DNA of 64,000 nucleotides from Microbacteriaceae bacterium (GCA_025465095.1 JAODME010000037.1:27137-91136); one strand, 5' to 3'; counted from the stretch's first letter, positions 1-9,354 are shown. The notes: generated from the letters alone by a model not told the origin. Made by a program: numbers and translations.

Positions 1-1
1 C

Positions 2-1195
2 GAGGACACCGTTCCCTCATTCTTCATCACGGAGGCGAACACGCGCGCCATCGTCGGCGGGCCTCCCGCATCCGGTGCCTGGCGCGAGGGCGATCATCCG
101 GGCGACCGCTCGTTTGTGGGCATCGGCGCCATTTCTCTCGAGGCGGGCGGATCGCTGCCCGCAGTCCGCATCGCCTACGAGAGCTGGGGAACCCTCAATC
201 GCGATCGCAGCAACGCGGTCCTGATCCTGCACGCCCTCACCGGCGACAGCCACGTCGTCGGACGTCCGGGCCGGGGTCACCCCACCGCCGGCTGGTGGGG
301 TGACATGGTGGGACCCGGCAAACACATCGACACGGATCGCTGGTTCGTGGTGGCCCCGAACATGCTCGGGGGGTGCCAAGGCACGACCGGTCCCGCTTCG
401 CTCGCACCCGACGGCTCGGAGTGGGGCCCCCGTTTCCCGTACGTGACCGTGCGCGACCAAGTGCAGGCGCAAGCGCGATTCTCCGACGTGATCGGTATCG
501 ACAGGTGGGCCGCCGTCATCGGCGGGTCGATGGGCGGCATGCACGCCGTTGAATGGGCGGTCGGGCAGCCGGAGCGGCTCGCCCGTGTCGCCGTACTCGC
601 GGCGCCTGCCTTCAGCAGCGCAGACCAGATCGCGTCGAACTCGGTGCAGCGCGAGGCGATCCGGATGGACCCCGGATTCGAGGGCGGCGACTACTACGAG
701 GCCGCGGACGGAGAAGGACCATACCGCGGGCTCGCCCTCGCAAGACGAATGGCGCTGCTCAACTACCGTTCGCCGGCGGAGCTCAACGGGCGATTCCAGC
801 GCACCTGGCAGAGTGAGATCAACCCGCTTGGAGGCGAGGGGAAGTTCGCGGTGGAGAGCTACCTCGACTTCCACGGCAACAAGTTCTCACGTCGATTCGA
901 CACGAACAGCTATCTGACGCTCATCGCGGCGATGAGCTCCCACGATGTGGGTCGAAGCCGCGGAAGCGTGCCAGAGGCACTGTCGAAGGTCCGCGCCCTC
1001 ACACTGATCCTCGGCATCGACAGCGACCGGTTGTTCCCGCTCGCCGACCAGCACCTGCTCGCGCGGCATATCACTACCAGCATCAGCGGACCCGACCCGG
1101 TGGTGATCGAGTCGCCGTTCGGGCACGACGGGTTTCTCATCGAACACGCCGCGGTCGGCCGGTCCCTTGAGCGCCTCCTCGCCGCCGACGCGTGA
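2..1195 (+). CDS. metX: homoserine O-acetyltransferase (MetX), probably 5'-truncated by the window edge
   Basis: Nucleophile elbow GGSMGGMHAVEWA, NAVLILHALTGDSHV near the N-terminus, and SPFGHDGFLIE at the C-terminus. The frame is open back to nt 2 with no ATG/GTG/TTG before GTG-116, so the start is either GTG-116 or lies upstream of the window. Confidence 0.85.
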   Translation, partial: EDTVPSFFITEANTRAIVGGPPASGAWREGDHPGDRSFVGIGAISLEAGGSLPAVRIAYESWGTLNRDRSNAVLILHALTGDSHVVGRPGRGHPTAGWWGDMVGPGKHIDTDRWFVVAPNMLGGCQGTTGPASLAPDGSEWGPRFPYVTVRDQVQAQARFSDVIGIDRWAAVIGGSMGGMHAVEWAVGQPERLARVAVLAAPAFSSADQIASNSVQREAIRMDPGFEGGDYYEAADGEGPYRGLALARRMALLNYRSPAELNGRFQRTWQSEINPLGGEGKFAVESYLDFHGNKFSRRFDTNSYLTLIAAMSSHDVGRSRGSVPEALSKVRALTLILGIDSDRLFPLADQHLLARHITTSISGPDPVVIESPFGHDGFLIEHAAVGRSLERLLAADA

Positions 1196-1324
1196 CTGGC
1201 CCCCGAAATCGGGATACCCGAGATACTGTCAGCGTGATTAGGCTGACTGTCACCCGACCTCGTCGTTTCCGATAACCGCCTGCGGCAGCGTCGGGCGCTG
1301 CATCGATGCGAGCGGGGGTGACAC

Positions 1325-1993
1325 GTGACCGAGCGACCGACCGACGAGCACGAACCGCCCCTACGCGTCGCGCTCGTCGACGATCACCGATTGGTGCTCG
1401 ACGGCATGCGGGCAATCCTGCAACTGCGGGAACCGGGGATCGACGTCGTCGTCACGGAGACGACTTGGCTCGGCCTGCTGTCCCACAAGGAGTTCCCAGT
1501 CGAGGTCGTGGTGCTCGATCTGAACCTGAGCGACAGCATCCCGATCGCCACGAAGATCCGCACTCTCAGCGCGGCCGGCGCGCGCACCGTCGTGATGAGC
1601 AGGCACGCCGACGCCGCGTCCGTCCACGGCGCGCTCACCGCGGGGGCGCTCGCCTTCGTGCCCAAGACGGAATCGGCCGACGAGGTGATCAGCGCCGTGC
1701 GCGCCGTCGCTCGGGGAGAAAAATACCTGAGCCCGACCGCACGCCACACGCTCGACGACTCACGGCAGCATCGCGACCCGGGGCTCGGAGCCCGTGAGCA
1801 GCGAGCCCTGGTCCTCTACGCGTCGGGACGATCGATCCGGGAGGTCGCCGAGAAGATGAGCACGACCGAGGAGACCGTGAAGTCGTACATCAAGCGGGCT
1901 CGCCGCAAGTACCGGCAGGTCGGTGTGGATGTCGGAACCAAGGTGCTCCTGCGGCGCCGAGGGATTCACGAGGGATGGTTGACCCGCGAATAG
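1325..1993 (+). CDS. NarL/LuxR-family response regulator (REC + GerE HTH), copy 1
   Basis: LRVALVDDHRLVLDGM acidic pocket, VVVLDLNLSD phospho-acceptor region, and C-terminal LuxR HTH REVAEKMSTTEETVKSYIKRARRKY. Confidence 0.85.
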   Translation: MTERPTDEHEPPLRVALVDDHRLVLDGMRAILQLREPGIDVVVTETTWLGLLSHKEFPVEVVVLDLNLSDSIPIATKIRTLSAAGARTVVMSRHADAASVHGALTAGALAFVPKTESADEVISAVRAVARGEKYLSPTARHTLDDSRQHRDPGLGAREQRALVLYASGRSIREVAEKMSTTEETVKSYIKRARRKYRQVGVDVGTKVLLRRRGIHEGWLTRE

Positions 1994-2113
1994 GTCGACG
2001 CGCAACACCGTCGCGCGTCGTGTCCCCCATTTCGGGTGGTACCTGTGGAACTATTGCGTAGCCGAGCCTCAGCAGTGCGCTCGTAGCCGAGTCGACACCG
2101 AGGCAACTACCAC

Positions 2114-3277
2114 GTGGAACAATTCGCAAGAGAGCGTGACCGCTTGCTACAGGCATCCGCCCGTAACGTCGGCATCGCCGCCCTCCTCGTCTCGGCGGTC
2201 TGCCTCGGCATGCCGGGCGCCGTCGACCTCGACACCCTGCTCCTCGTGGTGCCGCTGTATGTCATCGTCGGCGCCTGCCTGCTCAGGGTGGGCTCGGGCC
2301 GCTCCCTTTTCTGGGTGGTCACCGGCCTGGGCGCGGGGATGGTGATCCTCGTCCTCGTGCAACTGCCCATCGTTGCGGGAGACAACCCCGCCGCGCAGAG
2401 CGCGATCGTGACGCTCGCGGGAGGGGCGCTCGCGTCCTTCGCCATCGTCCTCGTCGGCGGTGTAACACGTGTCCTGGTGCTCGGTCTCGGCTTCGTCGCG
2501 AGCACGGTACTCACCGAACTCGCACTTCCCGGGTCCGGCATCCTGTCCGTGCAGGCCGCGACGGTGGTTCTCGGTTGGGTTCTCGCCGTCACCTTCGCCT
2601 ACTGGTTGAGCGCGAGCGTGCCCCGCGCCGCGCGCCGGATCTTCAGCATCGGTCGCGCACACCGCGCCGAACGGCAGGCGAGCGAGACAGAGGCGCAACG
2701 CCGCCAGGGCGCGCGACTGCTGCATGACACCGTGCTCGCGACCCTCACCCTCCTCGCCCACTCCGGTGTGGGCGTGTCGGCGTCTGCGCTGCAGCACCAG
2801 GCGGGAGACGACGCCCGGCTGCTTCGACAACTACGGCTCGGCGGCGCTCCCGTGCCGAAGTCGTCCGAGCACTACAACCTCGAGCCGGTCGAGGAGAGCG
2901 CGCTCGGACACACTCTCGAGTCGGTCAAGCAGCGCTTCGGACGGATCGGACTCGAGGTCAGCTGGCACGGTACCGGGCAGGTCCTCCTGCCCAGTGACGT
3001 GCTGGACGCCTTTCTTCTGGCGCTCGCCGAGTGTCTGGAGAACGTGCGCCGGCACTCCGGAGTGACCGACGCCCATGTCACGATCACGGACGACGAGACG
3101 ACGGTGCGTGCGATGGTCACGGACGCCGGCGTCGGATTCACCCTCGACGACGTCGACTCCGCTCGGCTGGGCTTCAAGGATTCCGTGGTCGGCCGGCTCA
3201 AGGAGGTCGGCGGCAACGCTCGCCTCTTCTCCTCGCCCGGCGCCGGAACGACTGTCGTGTTGGAGGTACCGAGATGA
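2114..3277 (+). CDS. membrane sensor histidine kinase (HisKA_3-type DHp + HATPase_c)
   Basis: About 6 N-terminal hydrophobic segments. H-box-like GARLLHDTVLATL, N-box ALAECLENVRRHS, G1 VTDAGVGF, and a SSPGAGTTVVLEVP end. Confidence 0.8.
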   Translation: MEQFARERDRLLQASARNVGIAALLVSAVCLGMPGAVDLDTLLLVVPLYVIVGACLLRVGSGRSLFWVVTGLGAGMVILVLVQLPIVAGDNPAAQSAIVTLAGGALASFAIVLVGGVTRVLVLGLGFVASTVLTELALPGSGILSVQAATVVLGWVLAVTFAYWLSASVPRAARRIFSIGRAHRAERQASETEAQRRQGARLLHDTVLATLTLLAHSGVGVSASALQHQAGDDARLLRQLRLGGAPVPKSSEHYNLEPVEESALGHTLESVKQRFGRIGLEVSWHGTGQVLLPSDVLDAFLLALAECLENVRRHSGVTDAHVTITDDETTVRAMVTDAGVGFTLDDVDSARLGFKDSVVGRLKEVGGNARLFSSPGAGTTVVLEVPR

Positions 3278-4527
3278 GCGGAGGTGACCGGCCGGAGGAG
3301 AACACCCTCGGAGTCCTCATCGGGCGGCGCCGTACCGGGGTGCCCGCCGCCTCGACGGCGGCGCGCGCGGTCGTGCAGGCTAACGCGCAGGGAGCCAGCC
3401 TCGGCATCGGTCACCTCGGCATGGGCGCTGGCGTCCTCTGCGCGATCGAAGCCGTGTACGGGCTCGCGGTTTTCGCCACGCACATCGGCGAGTACCCTTC
3501 CGTGCTGCCGGCGGTAATGGCATGGCTGCTCTTCATCGCAGCGTTCGCGACCGTGTCGCTCACTGTCGCGACGCGTGGCGAGCGGTTCCCCACCTGGATG
3601 TTCATCGGCTACCTGCTCGCACTCGGCGGCGTGGTGGCGCTCGACTTCATCGCCATATGGCCGTTGCACGACATCGGCGGCCATGCGAGCGCATCGGTCA
3701 CCGCCGGATTCGGTCTGCTCACCGCTCTGACCCTGCGCCCCGCCCGCGAGCTGCTGTTCGCCGCGGCAGCTCTGTTCGCCGCATTCGTCGCCGCGATCAC
3801 GCTCACCACCCCGCTCACCGCCGCCACACTGCCCGTGCAACTCGTGACCATCTCGATGGCGGTGTTCCCGCCGCTTTTCGGGGTCTTCGTGGTAGTCCGA
3901 TTCCGTCGGATCGTGCAACTCGAGCTCGACCGGGTGCTGGTCCAAAGCACGGTATCAGCCCCGCGATTCGCGGTCGGGATGCTCGCTTCGGAAGAACTCG
4001 CCCGCCTCGACCTGGCCGCGGAGGAACTGCTCGACTCGGTCGCGAGCGGGCGCACCGCGCTGCCGCTGCGTCCGAAGATGGCCTCGACCGCGGCATCCCT
4101 CGCCACCGAACTGCGACTGCACCTCATCGAGGGCCGCCGGGAGACCTGGCTCTACCATGCGATCACCGAGTCGGAGCAGCTCGGCAAGTCGGCGACCCTT
4201 AAAGACTCCGGAAGCCTCGCCGGGCTGCTCGACCCCCAGCAGCGTGACGGCCTGCTCGCCGCCGTATGGCTTCTCGTTGCCGACAAGAAGAAGACCGGCC
4301 CCACCGCGCAACTCGTTCTCGGCCCCGTGCTTCCCCCGGAGGATGCCGTGGCCCGCCGCACCATCACGATTCCGATCGTCATCACGACCACGGGCGTACC
4401 GCGCGGGCGGGTGGATCGCTCCATCTGGGCGGCGTTGGCGAAGGTCGGCGACTTCACCTATTCCAGCGAGAACTCGAGCCTGAGGGTGGATCTGCGCTGC
4501 ATTGTCCCGAATCCCGCCGACCAATGA
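3274..4527 (+). CDS. polytopic membrane protein, a degenerate paralogue of the upstream kinase (pseudo-histidine kinase)
   Basis: ATG-3274 overlaps the kinase stop (ATGA). About 6 TM segments. The C-terminal half runs collinear with the kinase core, but the H-box His, N-box Asn and G1 box are not conserved (see findings). Confidence 0.6.
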   Translation: MSGGDRPEENTLGVLIGRRRTGVPAASTAARAVVQANAQGASLGIGHLGMGAGVLCAIEAVYGLAVFATHIGEYPSVLPAVMAWLLFIAAFATVSLTVATRGERFPTWMFIGYLLALGGVVALDFIAIWPLHDIGGHASASVTAGFGLLTALTLRPARELLFAAAALFAAFVAAITLTTPLTAATLPVQLVTISMAVFPPLFGVFVVVRFRRIVQLELDRVLVQSTVSAPRFAVGMLASEELARLDLAAEELLDSVASGRTALPLRPKMASTAASLATELRLHLIEGRRETWLYHAITESEQLGKSATLKDSGSLAGLLDPQQRDGLLAAVWLLVADKKKTGPTAQLVLGPVLPPEDAVARRTITIPIVITTTGVPRGRVDRSIWAALAKVGDFTYSSENSSLRVDLRCIVPNPADQ

Positions 4528-4551
4528 CCGCTTCACAGGAATAGAGGGCCC

Positions 4552-5223
4552 ATGCCTAGGACTGAAACCAGACTTCGACTTGCCCTGGTCGATGACCACC
4601 GGATGCTGCTCGGCGCGCTGACCGAGTGGATCAGGAACGCTGCCGACGACATCGACATGGTCGCGGCGGTCGCCTCATGGCCGGAGCTGCTGACGCACGA
4701 GCAGTTTCCCGTCGACGTGGTGCTGCTCGACCTCGACTTGAAGGACAACATTCCGATCTCGCTCAAGATCTCGACGCTGAAGACCGCGGGGGTGAAGACA
4801 GTGCTTATGAGCACCTACTCGGAGCCCAACGTCGTGCGCGAGGCTCTCGCGGCGGGCGCGCTCGGTTACCTCGTGAAGAGCGAGGACGCCGGCATGATCG
4901 TCGAGGCGATCCGTTCGGCCTCGATCGGCGAGTCGTACATCTCGGCCGAACTCGACCTCGCGTTGAACGCCGGCGACATCGGCGGCTCCCCCAAGCTGAG
5001 CGCCCAGGAGCGTCGTGTGATGGCGCTCTACGGCGCGGGCGAGCCGGTCAAGTCGGTCGCCTACCAACTGGACATCTCGGAAGAGACAGCAAAGTCGTAC
5101 CTCAAACGGATCAGAGAGAAGTACCGCGTCGCGGGATTCGATGTGGGCACGAAGGTCGCCCTGCGCAAGCGCGCGATTCAGGACGGCATCCTGCTTCAGA
5201 CAGACCGGCCCGGCGTGTATTAG
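4552..5223 (+). CDS. NarL/LuxR-family response regulator, copy 2 (paralogue of 1325..1993)
   Basis: LRLALVDDHRMLLGAL, VVLLDLDLKD, and HTH SVAYQLDISEETAKSYLKRIREKY. It is collinear with copy 1 over its whole length. Confidence 0.85.
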   Translation: MPRTETRLRLALVDDHRMLLGALTEWIRNAADDIDMVAAVASWPELLTHEQFPVDVVLLDLDLKDNIPISLKISTLKTAGVKTVLMSTYSEPNVVREALAAGALGYLVKSEDAGMIVEAIRSASIGESYISAELDLALNAGDIGGSPKLSAQERRVMALYGAGEPVKSVAYQLDISEETAKSYLKRIREKYRVAGFDVGTKVALRKRAIQDGILLQTDRPGVY

Positions 5224-6476
5224 TTGCCCGACGCACGGGCGAGTACGATGGCGCTCGCTCCATCCTCCGCCGTGGACCGGGGGGTGCGACGTTGCAGCAT
5301 CACGCTGCCGACGGCGAGCGCGATTCCGGGACCGCACAGGACGAGCCCGATCCATGCGGGCGACAGGTAGCCGAGGCCTCCGGCGATGGTCACTCCCCCG
5401 AGGTAGGCGCCGAGCCCGTTGCCGATGTTCAAAGACGCGTGGTTGACCGCCGCGGCCAGCGTCTGACTGTCGCCCGCGACATCCATCAATCTCGATTGGA
5501 TCGCGGGCGAGAGGGCGGAGGCCGCCAACCCGACCAGGAGGGTGCCGGCAAGGAGTCCGACCGGGGTGTGGGCGGTGAGAGCGAGGCCGGTCAGCGCGAC
5601 GACGAAGAGGCCGAAGTAGGCGAATATCGATCCCATCACGCTCCGGTCCGCCGTCCAGCCGCCCAGGAAATTGCCGGCCGTCATCCCGATTCCGATGACG
5701 ACGAGCACGATCGGCACGAACGCCGGGCCGAGCTTCGTCACTTCCGTAACGACGGGTGCGACATAGGTGTAGACGGCGAAGAATCCGCCGAAGCCGACCG
5801 CTCCGATCAGGAGCGCGAGCCAAACCTGTATCCGTCCGAATGCCCTCAGCTCACGCTTCATGGTCGCCCCCGGGTCACCTGCCTGGAACGGAACCAGCAG
5901 CGCGATGGCGAGGAACGTGAACGCGAAGATAGCCGCGACAACCAGATAGGCGATCCGCCAGCCGGCCACCTGCCCCAGGTAGGTGATGGAGGGAACCCCG
6001 ACGACATTCGCGATCGTGAGTCCCGAAAGCACGATCGCGACACCCTGACCGCGCCTGCCGGGCCCCATCAGCTGCGCGGCGACGAGTGCGGCAACGCCGA
6101 AGTAGGCGCCGTGCGGGAGTCCGGCGAAGAACCTCGCGGCAAGAACCAGCCCGAAGCCGGGAAGCAGCGCCGAGGCCAGGGTGCCGAGCGTGAAGGCCGC
6201 GACCAGCACGAGCAACAGCTGCTTACGCGGGAATCGCGCGGCGAACGCCGCAATCGTCGGTGCCCCCACCACGACGCCCAGCGCATAGGCCGACACGAGC
6301 CATCCCGTTTGCGCATTCGCGCGCTCCGCGGACACGGCATGGACGGCGGGCAGCAGATCTTTCGCGAGCTCGGGAAGAAGGCCCATCGCCACGAACTCGG
6401 TTGCGCCGATCCCGAAGCCGCCGAGGGCGAGGGCGAGCAGTGCCAGGCGAACTCGGCCTGGGGACAGGGAAGTCAC
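5220..6476 (-). CDS. MFS transporter (12-TM, AraJ/YdhP-like)
   Basis: Hydrophobic 12-TM pattern and N-terminus VTSLSPGRVRLALLALALGGFGIGATEFVAMGLLP. Start taken at GTG-6476; the longer track ORF is an Arg-rich extension. Confidence 0.7.
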   Translation of the reverse strand: MTSLSPGRVRLALLALALGGFGIGATEFVAMGLLPELAKDLLPAVHAVSAERANAQTGWLVSAYALGVVVGAPTIAAFAARFPRKQLLLVLVAAFTLGTLASALLPGFGLVLAARFFAGLPHGAYFGVAALVAAQLMGPGRRGQGVAIVLSGLTIANVVGVPSITYLGQVAGWRIAYLVVAAIFAFTFLAIALLVPFQAGDPGATMKRELRAFGRIQVWLALLIGAVGFGGFFAVYTYVAPVVTEVTKLGPAFVPIVLVVIGIGMTAGNFLGGWTADRSVMGSIFAYFGLFVVALTGLALTAHTPVGLLAGTLLVGLAASALSPAIQSRLMDVAGDSQTLAAAVNHASLNIGNGLGAYLGGVTIAGGLGYLSPAWIGLVLCGPGIALAVGSVMLQRRTPRSTAEDGASAIVLARASGN

Positions 6477-6550
6477 GTTGGGGGGCGAACCATTCTGATC
6501 ATGGAGGGGAGCAGCTCGCCATCGAGCGGCCGCCGCGGGACGGCCTCCCC

Positions 6551-6877
6551 CTACTCTAGGTCGCCGGGCACGGGCTGCGCGGTGATCGCCCGCTCCAGCC
6601 GCTCGACCTTGCCCTCCAGCTCCCCCGTGCTGCCCGGGCGGATGTCCGCCTTCAGCACGAGCGACACGCGCGTTCCGTAGGCGGCGACGGCGTCCGTCGC
6701 GCGGCGGATCACGTCGAACACCTCGTTCCACTCCCCCTCGATGGTGGTGAACATCGAGTCGGTGTGGTTCGGCAGGCCGGAGTCTCGCACGATACGCACG
6801 GCTGCCGCGACGGCGTCATGCACGGAATCAGAGGATCCAGGCCCGCCGCTTGGAGCTACCGAGAACGCTACGAGCAT
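6551..6877 (-). CDS. MTH1187/YkoF-family (UPF0045) thiamine-binding-like protein
   Basis: About 100-aa protein beginning MLVAFSVAPSG, with HTDSMFTTIEGEW typical of the family. Confidence 0.6.
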   Translation of the reverse strand: MLVAFSVAPSGGPGSSDSVHDAVAAAVRIVRDSGLPNHTDSMFTTIEGEWNEVFDVIRRATDAVAAYGTRVSLVLKADIRPGSTGELEGKVERLERAITAQPVPGDLE

Positions 6878-8237
6878 GATGACCCCGATCAGCGAGCCCT
6901 AGGAGGGAGGCGCGCTCCTCAAGCCTGTCAGGGCGCCGCGTGATCCGCCACCGTGGTTCCGACATCCGCGCCCGGGGGCTATCGCTGCTCCACCTGGAAC
7001 TGCGAACGATGGCGATGACCGCCCATCCGAGAAGAACGAAAAGGAGGGCGTTGCGCATCGTGAGCACGGCGAGCATCGCGGGGTAGACGCCGAGCAGATA
7101 GCCGTACAGATACGGGTAGATGATGTGCGTCAAAGCCGCGATCGTGAACGCGAGCGCAGCCGGTGCACGGAAACTCGGCCCAACGCCGGCCCTGTGGGTG
7201 ACGAGACCGAGTACGACCGGAACCGCAAGCCACGAGATGAACTGCGGCGATCCGACCTTCTGGAACGCGATCATCCCAGTCACGAGCGCCAGAACAAGGG
7301 GCGGCAGGGCCGCTCTTGCGGACGCGCCGCGGCGTACCGTCACAATGCCGAGCGCCACGATCGCTGCCACCGCGAGCAGGAGGATAGGCGTCATCAGGGA
7401 ACTGACCGTATCGACCCCCGCGCCCGCTACCTGCCAGGTGAAGATGTCCCTGTCGTAGTAGACGTCCGCGCCCGGCACGCCGGCCGATGCAAGCCACATC
7501 CACGGGGTCGAGATCGGGGCCTCCACCTGGAGCCCCCTCCCCGCCTGCTGCGACACGAAGCTCAACACGTTCCATCCGCTGCCGAATCCGATCGCGACAG
7601 CCGCGATCGCAGCGCTCGTCGCGATCGCCGCGCCGAGCACTCCCCAGCGGTTTCGCGCCATAATCGCCATTGCGATCACGACCGCCCCCGGCCAGACCTT
7701 GATCCACGCCGCCACAGTGAGCAGCACGGTCGCGAGACGGGGCCTCGAGGCGACGAGAAGTACACCGACGATGGCGACCGGAACTGTCACGGCGTCGATC
7801 CTTCCGAGCGCGATGGGACCGAGCGCGAGCAGGTAGGCCGTCCACCACCACCCGACGGCGAAGCGATCGTGTCGTCGACCCCACCCCGTCAGCACCCCGA
7901 ATGCGACGAGGTCGAGGGCCGTGACGATGGCGAGCCAGGTGGTCGCATAGAGTTCGGAGCCGTCGTATAGATGGGCGAGCGCGGGAACGCCTTCGAGGAA
8001 CGGATACGCGATTCCCGCCGCGAGCATCGGCACGATTGCTGCGATCGGGTAGACCCATTCGCGGTCGATGCCGACCCAGTCTCCGGCCGTGAATGCCCGG
8101 TCGGACCAGAACAGGTAGACGCTCGTGACATCGCCGAGCGGGTATCCGTTGCCGAGAAGATTGAGCGCCGCGAGCACGACGTGCGCGAGCAGGAAGGAGC
8201 TCGCCAAGGCGAAGAAGCTGCGACCGACTCCCGCCAT
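6828..8237 (-). CDS. polytopic membrane protein, GT-C type glycosyltransferase-like (GT87/DUF2029-like)
   Basis: More than 10 hydrophobic segments and a WIKVWPGAVV loop motif. Start at ATG-8237. The 3' end overlaps the next gene by 50 nt. Confidence 0.45.
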   Translation of the reverse strand: MAGVGRSFFALASSFLLAHVVLAALNLLGNGYPLGDVTSVYLFWSDRAFTAGDWVGIDREWVYPIAAIVPMLAAGIAYPFLEGVPALAHLYDGSELYATTWLAIVTALDLVAFGVLTGWGRRHDRFAVGWWWTAYLLALGPIALGRIDAVTVPVAIVGVLLVASRPRLATVLLTVAAWIKVWPGAVVIAMAIMARNRWGVLGAAIATSAAIAAVAIGFGSGWNVLSFVSQQAGRGLQVEAPISTPWMWLASAGVPGADVYYDRDIFTWQVAGAGVDTVSSLMTPILLLAVAAIVALGIVTVRRGASARAALPPLVLALVTGMIAFQKVGSPQFISWLAVPVVLGLVTHRAGVGPSFRAPAALAFTIAALTHIIYPYLYGYLLGVYPAMLAVLTMRNALLFVLLGWAVIAIVRSSRWSSDSPRARMSEPRWRITRRPDRLEERASLLGLADRGHHARSVLGSSKRRAWIL

Positions 8238-8439
8238 GATCTGAAGTTCTGCCTCCGAACGCCGGCGACTCTGCGGCCTGCATCCCGGCAATGCTACCGG
8301 CGCAGTGCCCCTCGAGCGGGCGCGGGCCGCAGCCACGTCGCGCCGGAAGGTATCGCGGGCTCGCGCGCGGCGCGTTCCCGCCCCTGGGCGGCGTGTCTGC
8401 CGGGTTCACCTTCCGGAGCGACACGCCGAACTAGAGGCC

Positions 8440-9270
8440 TCATCCCGGCGGTGAGCTCCGGAGCAGCGCCGCGACCACACCCGAGAGCTCACCCACGAGA
8501 TCGAGGACGGTGAACGGGCCTCCCCCGCTCGCGCGCTCGGCCGCGAGGCTGTGGAGCACGGACGCCGTCGCCGCGAGTCGCGCGAGCAGGGACACGTCCG
8601 AGGCGATCGCGTCGGAGTGGGTCGCGATTAGCGCCCCGAGGATGCCGCCGAGCGCGTCCCCCGACCCCGCGGTCGCGGTCCATCCTGTTGAGGACGTCAC
8701 TAGGTGCCGGGAACCGTGAGCATCGGCGACGAAGGTTTGCGCACCCTTGAGCAGGACGGCTACGCCGAGCTCCTCTGCGGCGCGTACGGCCCACCCCGCG
8801 GGGTCGGCGGTGATGACACTGCGTTCAATGTCGAGCACGCGCGCCAACTCGCCGTGGTGTGGAGTGATGACGACGGCTCCGGCGGCCGAGCGGAGAAGGT
8901 CCAGTGCACCGGCGTCGATGACCGTCGGGATCGCCTGGGCGAGAGCGTCCGTCAGCAGGTGAGTGCTTGATGAATCGCGCCCGTCCGCGTCCATCCCGGA
9001 GCCGAGCAGCCACGCCTGGACGCGACCGGGGCTCGTCACTGCCTCCGGTCGGCGTTGCAGCACGAGCTGCGACGGGCGGTCGGGTCCTAGATAGCGCAGC
9101 ATGCCGACGCCGGTGCGCAAGGCCGCATCCACCCCGAGAACCGCCGCTCCCGGATACTCGTTCGAACCGGTGACGACCCCGAGCACGCCCCGGGAGTACT
9201 TGTCGTCGGTCGCGACGGGCACGGCGATGTGTCCCGCAGCCTCGGCCGGAGTCCATTCGGGAAAGGTCAT
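8440..9270 (-). CDS. nnrD: ADP-dependent NAD(P)H-hydrate dehydratase (YjeF C-terminal type, stand-alone)
   Basis: DDKYSRGVLGVVTGSNEYPGAAVLG, plus GSGDALGGILGALIA near the C-terminus. Start at MTFPEW (ATG-9270). Confidence 0.8.
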   Translation of the reverse strand: MTFPEWTPAEAAGHIAVPVATDDKYSRGVLGVVTGSNEYPGAAVLGVDAALRTGVGMLRYLGPDRPSQLVLQRRPEAVTSPGRVQAWLLGSGMDADGRDSSSTHLLTDALAQAIPTVIDAGALDLLRSAAGAVVITPHHGELARVLDIERSVITADPAGWAVRAAEELGVAVLLKGAQTFVADAHGSRHLVTSSTGWTATAGSGDALGGILGALIATHSDAIASDVSLLARLAATASVLHSLAAERASGGGPFTVLDLVGELSGVVAALLRSSPPG

Positions 9271-9354
9271 TAGACCGACGATAGTCGGGTAGTCGTGATC
9301 CGGACCCGCCGCCGGCGGGAATTTTCGCCGCCGTCGGGCTGGTTGCATCAGGGG

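Noticed and set aside
6828-6877. 50-nt overlap between the GT-C-like membrane protein 3' end and the YkoF-like gene start, considered as a sign of a frameshift or pseudogene.
   Set aside because: Both frames are intact, and MLVAFSVAP is a typical family N-terminus. The overlap is within the range seen in compact high-GC operons, and there is no evidence of disruption.
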